Below, piece by piece: positions 16,785 to 24,991 of a stretch of DNA of 54,276 nt (its first letter is position 1; each line of letters begins with the position of its first letter). Where the stretch lies: IMG/VR virus record IMGVR_UViG_3300045020_000038, positions 1-54,276 of that record; one strand, written 5' to 3'. A program made the translations under genes and the position numbers. Under the pieces are notes generated by a model that did not search any database, was not told where the DNA came from, and saw only the letters and a list, made by a program, of their open reading frames with translations. This stretch comes from a virus. Taxonomy: Duplodnaviria; Caudoviricetes.

Positions 16785-17236
16785 AGTTCCACCTCCGATT
16801 CCGCTGTCGCTTTGGCGACGGGTTTGAGAACCAATTCGCCTGCGTCGTTGTACTGCTTGGTGATAATGGTGGGCTGCGCGGTCTCGAAGATATCTCCACA
16901 TTTGAATACCCCATAGAGACGAGTCGGCTTCAACGCAGCTTGCTCTTCTGCATACGTCTTGGCTTTACCCTCTGACGTGAATACAACAATATCATTCTTG
17001 GTTTTGGAATCCGGAAAGAAACCATAACCAGAATCTTCTGCGGGAGAATCTTCCACAATCACTTGAGGACGTCGCTCAGCGCGACGATTGTCCGGCTGTG
17101 CCCGGGCTGGTTGAGCTTCCTGCAACCCAAACCCCTGATCTCGTCCGATACCATTCACGAGTACGACCTTGTTAGGATCAGCGGCTACATCCAATGGAAC
17201 GACCAGCCACATACGCCCTACAGTTTTACCAGCCAT
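16781..17236 (-). CDS. hypothetical protein
   Basis: GGAG RBS, 151 aa, packed operon. Confidence 0.8.
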   Translation of the reverse strand: MAGKTVGRMWLVVPLDVAADPNKVVLVNGIGRDQGFGLQEAQPARAQPDNRRAERRPQVIVEDSPAEDSGYGFFPDSKTKNDIVVFTSEGKAKTYAEEQAALKPTRLYGVFKCGDIFETAQPTIITKQYNDAGELVLKPVAKATAESEVEL

Positions 17237-17242
17237 TTTCTA

Positions 17243-17479
17243 TCACTCCAAAATAACATCAGGTAGTTCACGATCTCTCAAGAAACTAACGCCTTCTTCT
17301 TCCAGCACAGTCTGCGACAGAAAGACAAAAGGTTTCTTGAGCTCTCCCAAAAACTGCTCTACTGCACCCAGAATCTCATATGGTTCATGATTAACCGTGA
17401 GAACCGTTACGTATTTATTCCCACTGATAAACGTGAATTGCATCCATCGATCCCGGTAATAATTCCGGAAATCAATCAC
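17243..17479 (-). CDS. hypothetical protein
   Basis: GTGA overlap, GAGG RBS. Confidence 0.75.
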   Translation of the reverse strand: MIDFRNYYRDRWMQFTFISGNKYVTVLTVNHEPYEILGAVEQFLGELKKPFVFLSQTVLEEEGVSFLRDRELPDVILE

Positions 17480-18021
17480 ATTTGTTCCTCAATAATGGAA
17501 TCCAGCAAGTCGTCCGACAGACATGCATGAATCACAAACAGATCCTCCGCCCATGCGGCTTCACGGTTTGGTCCTTGCGGATCGAGCCATAAAACCGAAA
17601 AGGGAGTCCAGACGGTATCGTTCGCCATCAGATACCGGTTTACATCCAGAATAACTCCCCACTGGATATGGGTCTTATACCTCCATTCACTGCACCACTT
17701 ACGTGCAACGACTGTTCCCTTTCCATACCCGTGAATCTCTGCCTGTTTGAGATATTCATTCATCTCATTGGCAGTGGGTCGTTGGGGTGCGTGATACTTG
17801 ATTGAGTGGACTTTGTCCTTAAAAATAAAATCGTACTTATCCCGGGTGCTGGCCAATCGACAGGGACTTTCCAGACTTTTGGTATCCACTGTCATCGCCT
17901 GCTTTCCGGCACGAATGACTGAGATATCCACAACACTGGGTTTCTCAAAATACAACTTACCCGGAATACCTAAGTCATCTTGCATCTCTTCCGGCACGGG
18001 GCCTTTATATCGGCGGCCCAT
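17476..18021 (-). CDS. hypothetical protein
   Basis: AAGGAG RBS, 181 aa. Confidence 0.8.
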   Translation of the reverse strand: MGRRYKGPVPEEMQDDLGIPGKLYFEKPSVVDISVIRAGKQAMTVDTKSLESPCRLASTRDKYDFIFKDKVHSIKYHAPQRPTANEMNEYLKQAEIHGYGKGTVVARKWCSEWRYKTHIQWGVILDVNRYLMANDTVWTPFSVLWLDPQGPNREAAWAEDLFVIHACLSDDLLDSIIEEQM

Positions 18022-18294
18022 TTAATGAAACTCCTTCAGCAGTTGTTGGCGGGTAGATTCGGTGAGATGCAATCCGTTCAACTGGAGAATATCCCGGGAA
18101 CCATCCCGTTGACGAATAATACGGAAACGGCTAGCAACTCCCCACCCCTCTCCGTAAAAAATATCATACAGATTGTGGTCCATCCGAAATACCTTGGACC
18201 CATCCGGACGATTACGTGTATGTGTCTTGTGTTGCCGGACACAACGGCTGGTATATTCAGACTCAGTCATCACTCTTGATCTCCCATTCAACAA
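18022..18294 (-). CDS. hypothetical protein (start probably at MTESEY, about 18270)
   Basis: packed operon; GGGAG upstream of the internal ATG. Confidence 0.7.
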   Translation of the reverse strand: MLNGRSRVMTESEYTSRCVRQHKTHTRNRPDGSKVFRMDHNLYDIFYGEGWGVASRFRIIRQRDGSRDILQLNGLHLTESTRQQLLKEFH

Positions 18295-18664
18295 TGTAAT
18301 GATTTTTGCGCGCTGGAACGGCGAAATTATGCTCCAGATAACGTTCGGCGTCGAGCCAGGAGTTGAAAACCCCAGAACAGAATCGTCCCGCGGGGTGATT
18401 CCAGATAGCGTATCGTCTCTCGGGAGTCACATCCACTACAATCAACCCCGAATTACAAATTACATCGGAACCAATTCCCTCATACACCCATAAGGTTCCG
18501 TCCTTATGATTTATATAATTGGTAGAAACCAATCGAGCGGGTCTCGGGGACGCTCCCACAGCTCCATTCCAAAACGCCTTCAATTTCCCACTCTGAACAT
18601 TGGGGAGATCAGAAGGAACCAAAATACGATATTTGCGATCACTTTGTTGCACGGACATAGCCAA
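18263..18664 (-). CDS. hypothetical protein
   Basis: GAGGA RBS; overlaps neighbours. Confidence 0.75.
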   Translation of the reverse strand: MAMSVQQSDRKYRILVPSDLPNVQSGKLKAFWNGAVGASPRPARLVSTNYINHKDGTLWVYEGIGSDVICNSGLIVVDVTPERRYAIWNHPAGRFCSGVFNSWLDAERYLEHNFAVPARKNHYIVEWEIKSDD

Positions 18665-19440
18665 ATTTCCTCAGAAGGTCATCGGGAACTTCTCCTGCAT
18701 TGAGACAATCCTCTACTGTGTAAAGTCGATTCTGTCTTGCATGTGCCTTTCTCAGTTCGGACTTTTTCTGCTCTTCAGCAAACCTCGCCGCGATCAGCGG
18801 CTTTGCTGCCTCGATCAGCTTGGCTTGTTCCTCCACCTTTAGTTGGTGATACCACAACGGATTGTAAAATCCGTATACCGGATCGTGGTAGACATATTTA
18901 TCCCATACTGCTGCCGGAACCTTCTTCGGCGAAAACACATGCAGATGCAACGTGTGTGGGGCATGATTGTAATTGGGACGAACGTCTACTTCTTCAGCTC
19001 CGAGTTCGCGCAACAGATTAGCAACTGTGTTATTTAGTTCCAGTTGATAATTAGCTGCAATAAAATAGAAGTTCTGAGTGGTCATCAGATGCCGCCGGAT
19101 TTGACACACGATGTTCTGACGTGTCTTGGTATCCATTATCTCCATACCAATCGACTCAATGATTGATGCTCCACAGCAGTTAAACTGGTGTGGTTGAGTA
19201 TAGACCAGATACGGAATCGTCCGGGGATAAGTTTTTGGATCCGGAGCCATATAGCAGATTTGGTGGGCTCCCTGTTTGTATATCGAACCGTCGATATACA
19301 TCTGCATTACTTCCGGGAGGCAGGCCATCTCTCGGAGAGGAGCCGGAGCCTTTTTCACACCACTGGGTTGACTGAATCCCTGGGTCAACACTTCAACCCC
19401 ATTCGATGAAAACATGTTATTGATGAATTGCTGCTGCATC
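18639..19440 (-). CDS. hypothetical protein with an internal CCG-motif domain and a C-terminal helix
   Basis: ATG 19440 behind GGGGAG; FNCCGA...FYFIA...PNYNHAPHTLHLHVF. Confidence 0.75.
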
Positions 19441-19611
19441 TCGGACATCTCCCCTAACGTAAATGAAAAGATTGAAGGAAAATACATCTTCCCCACTGCC
19501 GATGTTGATTCGCTCTGCCTCGGCCTCTTCTTGTGCCAATGCCCGCGCATTAATCTCACGTAACTCGGCGATGATTTCGTCGTATGTGTCTTCATTGAAC
19601 ACAGATTCCAT
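19417..19611 (-). CDS. acidic hypothetical protein (MESVFNEDTY...)
   Basis: AAGGA RBS before ATG 19611. Confidence 0.65.
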   Translation of the reverse strand: MESVFNEDTYDEIIAELREINARALAQEEAEAERINIGSGEDVFSFNLFIYVRGDVRDAAAIHQ

Positions 19612-19612
19612 A

Positions 19613-19747
19613 CTAATCCTTATGGATGGAATAACATTTAAAAGACTTGGGTTTAACTTCTTCGATATATGTGAATACTTCTTCAAGCGTATCGAAGTCA
19701 ATCTCTACCAGATCTTTCCACTCATTCAAGTAACGCAATCTCCACAC
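19613..19747 (-). CDS. 44-aa hypothetical protein
   Basis: GTG behind GGAG; MWRLRYLNEWKDLVEIDFDTLEEVF... Confidence 0.6.
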   Translation of the reverse strand: MWRLRYLNEWKDLVEIDFDTLEEVFTYIEEVKPKSFKCYSIHKD

Positions 19748-19748
19748 A

Positions 19749-19919
19749 TCAATCTCCGGTCTGATCTCTCCATGCCTCTATATCCGACTTGAGATCTGTA
19801 TTTTGTTCCTCCAACTCCCGGATGTAATTAGCCAGAATACGACAGGCCAATGCAGGAACAGCGATGACATCATCCGCTTCGAAAATCGCTGCTACGCGGA
19901 GCGCGTCATCTACTGTCAT
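19749..19919 (-). CDS. hypothetical protein (MTVDDALRV...)
   Basis: ATG immediately after the upstream stop; coiled-coil C-terminus. Confidence 0.65.
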   Translation of the reverse strand: MTVDDALRVAAIFEADDVIAVPALACRILANYIRELEEQNTDLKSDIEAWRDQTGD

Positions 19920-19920
19920 A

Positions 19921-20229
19921 CTACTCTTGGTCTTTCCGGTCATAATAGGATGCTCCCTCATTTTGATAAAGGTAATGAATCGGAGACTGCTTCGTCGGAT
20001 CGAAGTTTTCGACCACAAACACCTGACCGTGATTGAATCGTCCGCTGCTTACCAGACGACCGGTACGGCGACAGAAGTTTTCCCGATCGGCACACCGAGC
20101 GATTGAGTATTTGAGCTTTCCTTCCGCGACTTCATACGCAATGGTCTTGCCACCCTTAGTCCGGACAGTGTCTGTCTGTGTATCCGGACCATCGTTGATA
20201 TCAACGTAACGGAAATGAAGAAATTTCAT
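19921..20229 (-). CDS. conserved-looking phage hypothetical protein
   Basis: GAGG RBS; GGKTIAY...ARCADRENFCRRTGR motif. Confidence 0.8.
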   Translation of the reverse strand: MKFLHFRYVDINDGPDTQTDTVRTKGGKTIAYEVAEGKLKYSIARCADRENFCRRTGRLVSSGRFNHGQVFVVENFDPTKQSPIHYLYQNEGASYYDRKDQE

Positions 20230-20237
20230 ATGAACCT

Positions 20238-20408
20238 CTACTTGGAATCAATAAGTGTTACGATAACTTCATCCAACTTGAAGTTACGATTTTGGAAGGA
20301 AATATTCATTTCCTGTCCCGGTTTGAGCTTGAAGTTTTCACCGACATGTTGAGAAATTATCTCGGCTAATTCATTCACATTAATACGAATAACCTGTTCT
20401 TTTTTCAT
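20238..20408 (-). CDS. 56-aa hypothetical protein
   Basis: MKKEQVIRINVNELAEIISQHV...DSK; fills the gap between genes. Confidence 0.65.
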   Translation of the reverse strand: MKKEQVIRINVNELAEIISQHVGENFKLKPGQEMNISFQNRNFKLDEVIVTLIDSK

Positions 20409-20411
20409 AAG

Positions 20412-20636
20412 CTACTTACCCCATCCCCAACCTACGGCTTCATCGAATGCCGATTGATTGGGAACAAATTGATCCGTGTTGACGGAATGAAACGTTGCAC
20501 TACGGACGTGAAAGTCCTTGTGCTCTTTTTCTGCTTGATCAAACGCCTCCTGAATTGATACAGCATGGATAATCACTTCCTTCTTTTCAAAGGGAGTGGA
20601 CTTACGGATGATAGATACAAGCCAATTGGTCATCAT
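20412..20636 (-). CDS. hypothetical protein
   Basis: GGAG RBS. Confidence 0.7.
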   Translation of the reverse strand: MMTNWLVSIIRKSTPFEKKEVIIHAVSIQEAFDQAEKEHKDFHVRSATFHSVNTDQFVPNQSAFDEAVGWGWGK

Positions 20637-20668
20637 GAGTGTTGCTCCAACGCGATAATATCGCTTTT

Positions 20669-20863
20669 TTATTGAATGGGTGCGGCCAAAAGAGACATAG
20701 AAAGGACGGGATAGTTGGTTGCAAACTCATCCCACGAATCACATCCATATTCCGGATGTGTGTTAACCCATTGACGCTGAACGTCGAATACATCCGTAGC
20801 ATCATACCGGGCCAGCATATTCATTGATACACGGTGGATAACAGCAAATTGCATAATACTCAC
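20669..20863 (-). CDS. hypothetical protein
   Basis: first ORF after the intergenic hairpin region; AAGGT RBS. Confidence 0.55.
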   Translation of the reverse strand: MSIMQFAVIHRVSMNMLARYDATDVFDVQRQWVNTHPEYGCDSWDEFATNYPVLSMSLLAAPIQ

Positions 20864-20938
20864 CTTAGTACTTACCTTACATGAAGTAAGGCTTAAGATT
20901 ACAAACCCTACAATTGTAACTGTAGGTCCTGTAACGCC

Positions 20939-20960
20939 AAAAGCCCCAATTAAGGGGCTT
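20939..20960 (-). terminator. putative intrinsic terminator
   Basis: AAGCCCC-loop-GGGGCTT followed by TT on the minus strand. Confidence 0.55.
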
Positions 20961-20988
20961 AAGGGATACTACTAGAGGGTCTAGTGAG

Positions 20989-21189
20989 CTAACACCAGAC
21001 TACCTTGTTAAAAGAGACATAGCGGGCGTAGATTGGGATTCCACTCCATCCACAAATACGCTCGCGCCAATACCCACGCCCACGCGGACAATCATAGACT
21101 TGATTGCGGACCATTTTGCCAACTCCAATCGACGTAACAGACCTTAAGGTCTGAAGTGGTAAGGGTTTGCTGCAAATGCGACATTCCAT
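20989..21189 (-). CDS. Cys-containing hypothetical protein
   Basis: 66-aa ORF with CRIC...CP...C. Confidence 0.5.
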   Translation of the reverse strand: MECRICSKPLPLQTLRSVTSIGVGKMVRNQVYDCPRGRGYWRERICGWSGIPIYARYVSFNKVVWC

Positions 21190-21245
21190 CCTGATAAGTC
21201 ATTAGATGGAGTGACAGAGACAGACCTAACAGGATGGACAACACA

Positions 21246-21476
21246 CTAAGCTCCAAAGGGGTCGGTATACCCCGGTTTAATCCACTCGTCACGAGACCAA
21301 GGGGATTGATTATCGGTACGATCTAACGTCACACGGACAATTGACCCTTGGGACATGTTGGACAAGAAACTACGGATAATTTCGTGTTTCTCATCAATCC
21401 GTTTAAGACGGACCGAATGATGTACAGTCTCACCATTAGGGCCATCGGGTTCCCAAAAACACAATTCAAGTGCCAT
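21246..21476 (-). CDS. hypothetical protein
   Basis: GGGAG RBS. Confidence 0.7.
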   Translation of the reverse strand: MALELCFWEPDGPNGETVHHSVRLKRIDEKHEIIRSFLSNMSQGSIVRVTLDRTDNQSPWSRDEWIKPGYTDPFGA

Positions 21477-21561
21477 AACTTCTACTCCCGTGAATCAATG
21501 ACTACTGGCCATCGTCAGAGTACGCCTCACGTACTGAACCCCTCACGGGGTTTTCGGCCTA

Positions 21562-22353
21562 TTACTCCGTTACTTCTTCTTCTGATTCGGGTTCCGTCTC
21601 CGGGGTTTCCGTGACTTCAACGCCAGTAGCATAAAGCAACAGCTCTGCAATCTGAAACAGAACGTTCGGACCATACTTGCCGATCAGCTTTTCAGCCTCT
21701 TTGGTTGCCAGCGACGTTTCCTTATCGACCCGAGCTTGTTGCATGGCGGATTCGGCAAGCTTGAACGTCCGCTCATTCCATTGAGGGAGCGTCTCGATAC
21801 GGCTGTCAAACGGATTATCTTTCTGGACTTCCTGAAGTGCGTCGACTTGCTCCTTATTGTCGCGTTGAAGACGGGCGGTCTCTTTTTGCGCTTCTGTCTT
21901 CAAAGCGTCGCCTTTCCAATCCACCTGAGCGGCATCAAGCGCCCGCTTGGCGAGCACGCGCATATCCTGATAGCCCGTCTTGTCGTCATACCCCATATCA
22001 TCAAGCTGGAGTCGCGCAAAGCGCAAAGCGCCCCATGCTTGTTGGATGACGGTGCGCGTGTTCATAGCCGATTGCTCTTTCGGACCGCGATCGGCACCCT
22101 TAGGCTTGCCTGTAGGCCAATCAACCAACACGGCCTTTTTGACCATGTTATCAGCCGCACCCTTGATTTGGAGCGCATCCGCGATATCAGCCAATTGTCG
22201 GATGATACCCATCTTGGTGATTTGAGCGTCGTCGGATACAACAAACGTGTTATAGAGATATTCGCCCGTTACAACGAGGGGACGAACGATGGGTGCAGGT
22301 GCAGCGGGTTCCATCTTACCGTCGACAACTGCGGCAGTAGCTACTTGAGACAT
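21562..22353 (-). CDS. large early hypothetical protein with an acidic C-terminus
   Basis: AAGGAG RBS before ATG 22353; helical; ends ETPETEPESEEEVTE. Confidence 0.85.
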   Translation of the reverse strand: MSQVATAAVVDGKMEPAAPAPIVRPLVVTGEYLYNTFVVSDDAQITKMGIIRQLADIADALQIKGAADNMVKKAVLVDWPTGKPKGADRGPKEQSAMNTRTVIQQAWGALRFARLQLDDMGYDDKTGYQDMRVLAKRALDAAQVDWKGDALKTEAQKETARLQRDNKEQVDALQEVQKDNPFDSRIETLPQWNERTFKLAESAMQQARVDKETSLATKEAEKLIGKYGPNVLFQIAELLLYATGVEVTETPETEPESEEEVTE

Positions 22354-22520
22354 GGTGAAATACTCCTTAGAGGTTACAAGAAAGGGGACTACAAAGGTCA
22401 TTGTAGACCATCTCCAAAGAAAAACAAGATAATAACGTTAGGATTTTTCTTACACCAACCTAACACCCGAATCCGACCGGCAAATACATCTAGGGAGAAG
22501 TATAGACCATAGAACAATGT

Positions 22521-22549
22521 AGCGTATGCTTAATTGAGAACTGTTACAA
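22521..22549 (-). promoter_or_regulatory. putative sigma70 promoter TTGTAA-N17-TACGCT
   Basis: correct spacing, intergenic, between a terminator and the large early gene. Confidence 0.5.
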
Positions 22550-22613
22550 CCTTTACAAACACCTTTCAAAGCAATATTCATGCCTGTAAGGTCAGTACTA
22601 ACCAAAGGACAAT

Positions 22614-22638
22614 AAAAAAGCCCGTTGGTTGGGCGGGC
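22614..22638 (-). terminator. intrinsic terminator
   Basis: GCCCG...CGGGC stem followed by TTTTTT. Confidence 0.75.
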
Positions 22639-22645
22639 ATATAGG

Positions 22646-22789
22646 TTAGTGAATCTCTGCATCCGGGGGGAGTCTACTTACTATCTCCCAATCTCCGTTA
22701 TCGTGTACAAGGTATACAATCCATCTCTTCTGCATCATAGACCATTGGATATGAAACTGTCCCATTGGTAAACATCGTCTTGTACGCAT
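22646..22789 (-). CDS. 47-aa hypothetical protein
   Basis: AAGGGG RBS; MRTRRCLPMGQFHIQWS...AEIH, ends just before the terminator. Confidence 0.55.
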   Translation of the reverse strand: MRTRRCLPMGQFHIQWSMMQKRWIVYLVHDNGDWEIVSRLPPDAEIH

Positions 22790-22802
22790 TTTAAAGCCCC
22801 TT

Positions 22803-23000
22803 CTAGCGGTTTGTCGATCTACCCGGTACTTCCCTATACGTCTCGCCCTGCGAAGCCTCTAGCGGGCGTTTAATGCCTCCATGCTTGGCAATCCGTTCAT
22901 CAAAAGCCTGTAACTCCCGATCAATCTTGGCTGCACACCGTAGGGCTAGCGCCAGCGAGATTAGATCAACTGCGAAAATACCCAACAAAAGTGTATACAC
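22803..23000 (-). CDS. hypothetical protein with an N-terminal hydrophobic helix
   Basis: GTG start, GGGG RBS. Confidence 0.55.
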   Translation of the reverse strand: MYTLLLGIFAVDLISLALALRCAAKIDRELQAFDERIAKHGGIKRPLEASQGETYREVPGRSTNR

Positions 23001-23001
23001 G

Positions 23002-23259
23002 TTAGAACCCCCAGTTCATGGGCTTGACTTCGGCGCGCTTCTCACGTACCGCTCGCTGAAAACACGGTTCACACGAGTGGAGTTTGAAGTATCCCTCACC
23101 ATAGACATACTCGCTTCTGAGCTTACACTCCGGCTCGGACACGAACGTGTTGCACACAGGACACGGTACTGTGACCGTGACTTTGAAAGCCCAAGAAGGG
23201 CGGGTTACATATTTGGTCATTTCCGCTCCGTAATAGCGATGTACACCAACATTACACAA
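23002..23259 (-). CDS. Zn-finger-like hypothetical protein (start probably MTKYV, 23220)
   Basis: CPVC...CEPC; GGAGCGG upstream of the internal ATG. Confidence 0.55.
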   Translation of the reverse strand: MCNVGVHRYYGAEMTKYVTRPSWAFKVTVTVPCPVCNTFVSEPECKLRSEYVYGEGYFKLHSCEPCFQRAVREKRAEVKPMNWGF

Positions 23260-23286
23260 ATGAGAACGAACAACATAACAAGCTCC

Positions 23287-23541
23287 TTACAGGACGTCGT
23301 CCTTATTGAGAACAGCAGAAGCCGGGAAACCATTAAAGATGGATTGATACGCCTTGTCTTCGACAGCCTGACTAAGCAAGTCTTCTGTGCCTAGCCAGTC
23401 ATCCATCGCGTGGTAACGCGTACTGTGATCAATCTCCACAACACACCTCCTACATAGCATTTGGGTATGTTCAGTATAGGTGATAACAATCGGATTTACA
23501 AGGTTTCGAGATGGGTGAAGCGTACTAACGTGACTACTCAC
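23287..23541 (-). CDS. hypothetical protein, first early gene (start uncertain)
   Basis: an internal AGGAGGT suggests a later start near 23440. Confidence 0.45.
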   Translation of the reverse strand: MSSHVSTLHPSRNLVNPIVITYTEHTQMLCRRCVVEIDHSTRYHAMDDWLGTEDLLSQAVEDKAYQSIFNGFPASAVLNKDDVL

Positions 23542-23863
23542 CTGACTGGATGCTAACTACTTGATTATACATGATTGATCCTTGACACCTTAAATAAACC
23601 CTTGCGGATGACCTTATGTCTTTATTTAAAATGACCTAGTTTACGACGGGGGGTAGGGGGGAAAACGGACTTAATGAAATAGCTCGAAAGGCAGGATGCT
23701 ATGTTTCTAGCACTTTTTGAAAGGTAGGGACGTTCTGGAATATAAAAAATGGCTCGGCGGTGAGGCATACCTCGCCAGTACCTGGCTCAGTAGGTATCGG
23801 GATCTTTGTGGATCCCTCGCCATAGCTTTACATCTTATTTAAATAACATCAACCCGAAGAAAG

Positions 23864-23884
23864 AAAAAAGAGACATTCGTCTCT
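23864..23884 (-). terminator. hairpin plus T-run just downstream of a promoter
   Basis: AGAGAC-GAAT-GTCTCT followed by TTTTTCTTT. Confidence 0.5.
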
Positions 23885-23904
23885 AAAAAAGAAAGAAGAA
23901 AGTA

Positions 23905-23937
23905 TAACCTGACACAGTTTAATCATTTTGTCAAGTA
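23905..23937 (-). promoter_or_regulatory. putative promoter TTGACA-N17-CAGGTT with TGTG extension (copy 2)
   Basis: near-identical to 5650-5682. Confidence 0.65.
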
Positions 23938-23982
23938 CTTTCTGTAAAAAGATAGAAAAAGATGAAATAGTGTAAAAAAGAC

Positions 23983-24011
23983 TTGACTTTTCTATTAAAC
24001 TAATATATGAT
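23983..24011 (+). promoter_or_regulatory. sigma70 promoter TTGACT-N17-TATGAT
   Basis: near-consensus boxes, A-rich upstream region, faces the packaging/structural arm. Confidence 0.75.
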
Positions 24012-24032
24012 TATGATTGTAGTATAAAAGTG

Positions 24033-24061
24033 TTGACAAGTTCTCACTTTTGTGGTAGGTC
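24033..24061 (+). promoter_or_regulatory. putative promoter TTGACA-N17-TAGGTC with TGTG extension
   Basis: same architecture as the sites at 5650 and 23905. Confidence 0.55.
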
Positions 24062-24159
24062 TTGCGTACCTATCCACTGATTAGGGAGGTGATCCCATAT
24101 CTCGTCAGCCGGCCACGTCAGACGTTAACAGGTTGTGGCATCTAACAAAAAGGACAAAG

Positions 24160-24750
24160 ATGGCCTTATCAGATTCCCCTATTGGACGTACTCTCCGGCC
24201 CGCCAGACGGGCTATTGCCGCTCGTAAGCGCAACTGGAGTGATGGTCAGAAGCTGGAAGCTGTCCAGACCTTTATGGTCCTGGGTAATCTCAAGTTGGTT
24301 AGTGGCACCCTGAAGATTCCGTATGATACCCTGAAAGTCTGGAAAGCCAGTGAATGGTGGAAGACCCTGGAAGGGGAACTGCGGGTACAGGATGATCTCC
24401 AGCTTTCCACCCGCCTGCAGCGGATCGTTGCTAAGTCGTATGATGTCGTAGAAGACCGGCTAGAACATGGTGACTTCGTCTACGATCAAAAGACTGGGGT
24501 AATGCGACGGAAGCCAGTAGCCATGCGGGATGCCCACAAGGTAGCACTGGATCTCTCAGATAAACGGGATCTGTTGATTGACCGGCACATGACCGGAGAT
24601 ACAATCACTACCGACAAGATTGAAAAAACACTACAAGATCTGGCAGCCAATTTCGAACGAATTGCTAACCAGATTACGACTAGTAAACACCCTATTGATG
24701 TAACAGATGTGATATTCGGAGACGATGAACATGCCAAGGAAAAACCCTGA
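24160..24750 (+). CDS. terS: putative terminase small subunit (HTH)
   Basis: N-terminal HTH (IPYDTLKVWKASEWW), helical body, first gene of the packaging module, AAGGA RBS. Confidence 0.7.
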   Translation: MALSDSPIGRTLRPARRAIAARKRNWSDGQKLEAVQTFMVLGNLKLVSGTLKIPYDTLKVWKASEWWKTLEGELRVQDDLQLSTRLQRIVAKSYDVVEDRLEHGDFVYDQKTGVMRRKPVAMRDAHKVALDLSDKRDLLIDRHMTGDTITTDKIEKTLQDLAANFERIANQITTSKHPIDVTDVIFGDDEHAKEKP

Positions 24751-24991
24751 TGGATCCCGAGACTACAGTTACGACACCAAGTACGAAGCAACCAAGCAGC
24801 ACCGACACGAACGGGTTGAGCGAGTCACCGCCCGAAGAGAGTTGGCGAAGGAAGGTAAGGTTTCTAAAGGCGACGGCCAGGATGTTGATCATATCCGCCC
24901 AGTATCTAAAGGCGGTACGAACCAGCGATCGAATCTACGAGCGATCAGTGCTCACGCAAATCGATCGAAGGGGAACCGCAGCAAACCATGA
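24731..24991 (+). CDS. small HNH endonuclease next to the terminase
   Basis: DVDHIRPVSKGGTNQRSNLRAISAHANRSK. Confidence 0.88.
   Translation: MPRKNPDGSRDYSYDTKYEATKQHRHERVERVTARRELAKEGKVSKGDGQDVDHIRPVSKGGTNQRSNLRAISAHANRSKGNRSKP

Noticed and set aside
21736-22512. Long antisense ORFs (also 26373-27311, 28944-29582, 30956-31936)
   Set aside because: They are shadows of well-supported genes on the opposite strand, with no recognisable motifs.
23545-24150. tRNA gene in the intergenic region
   Set aside because: No cloverleaf with a GTTCRA T-loop and matching acceptor stem was found.
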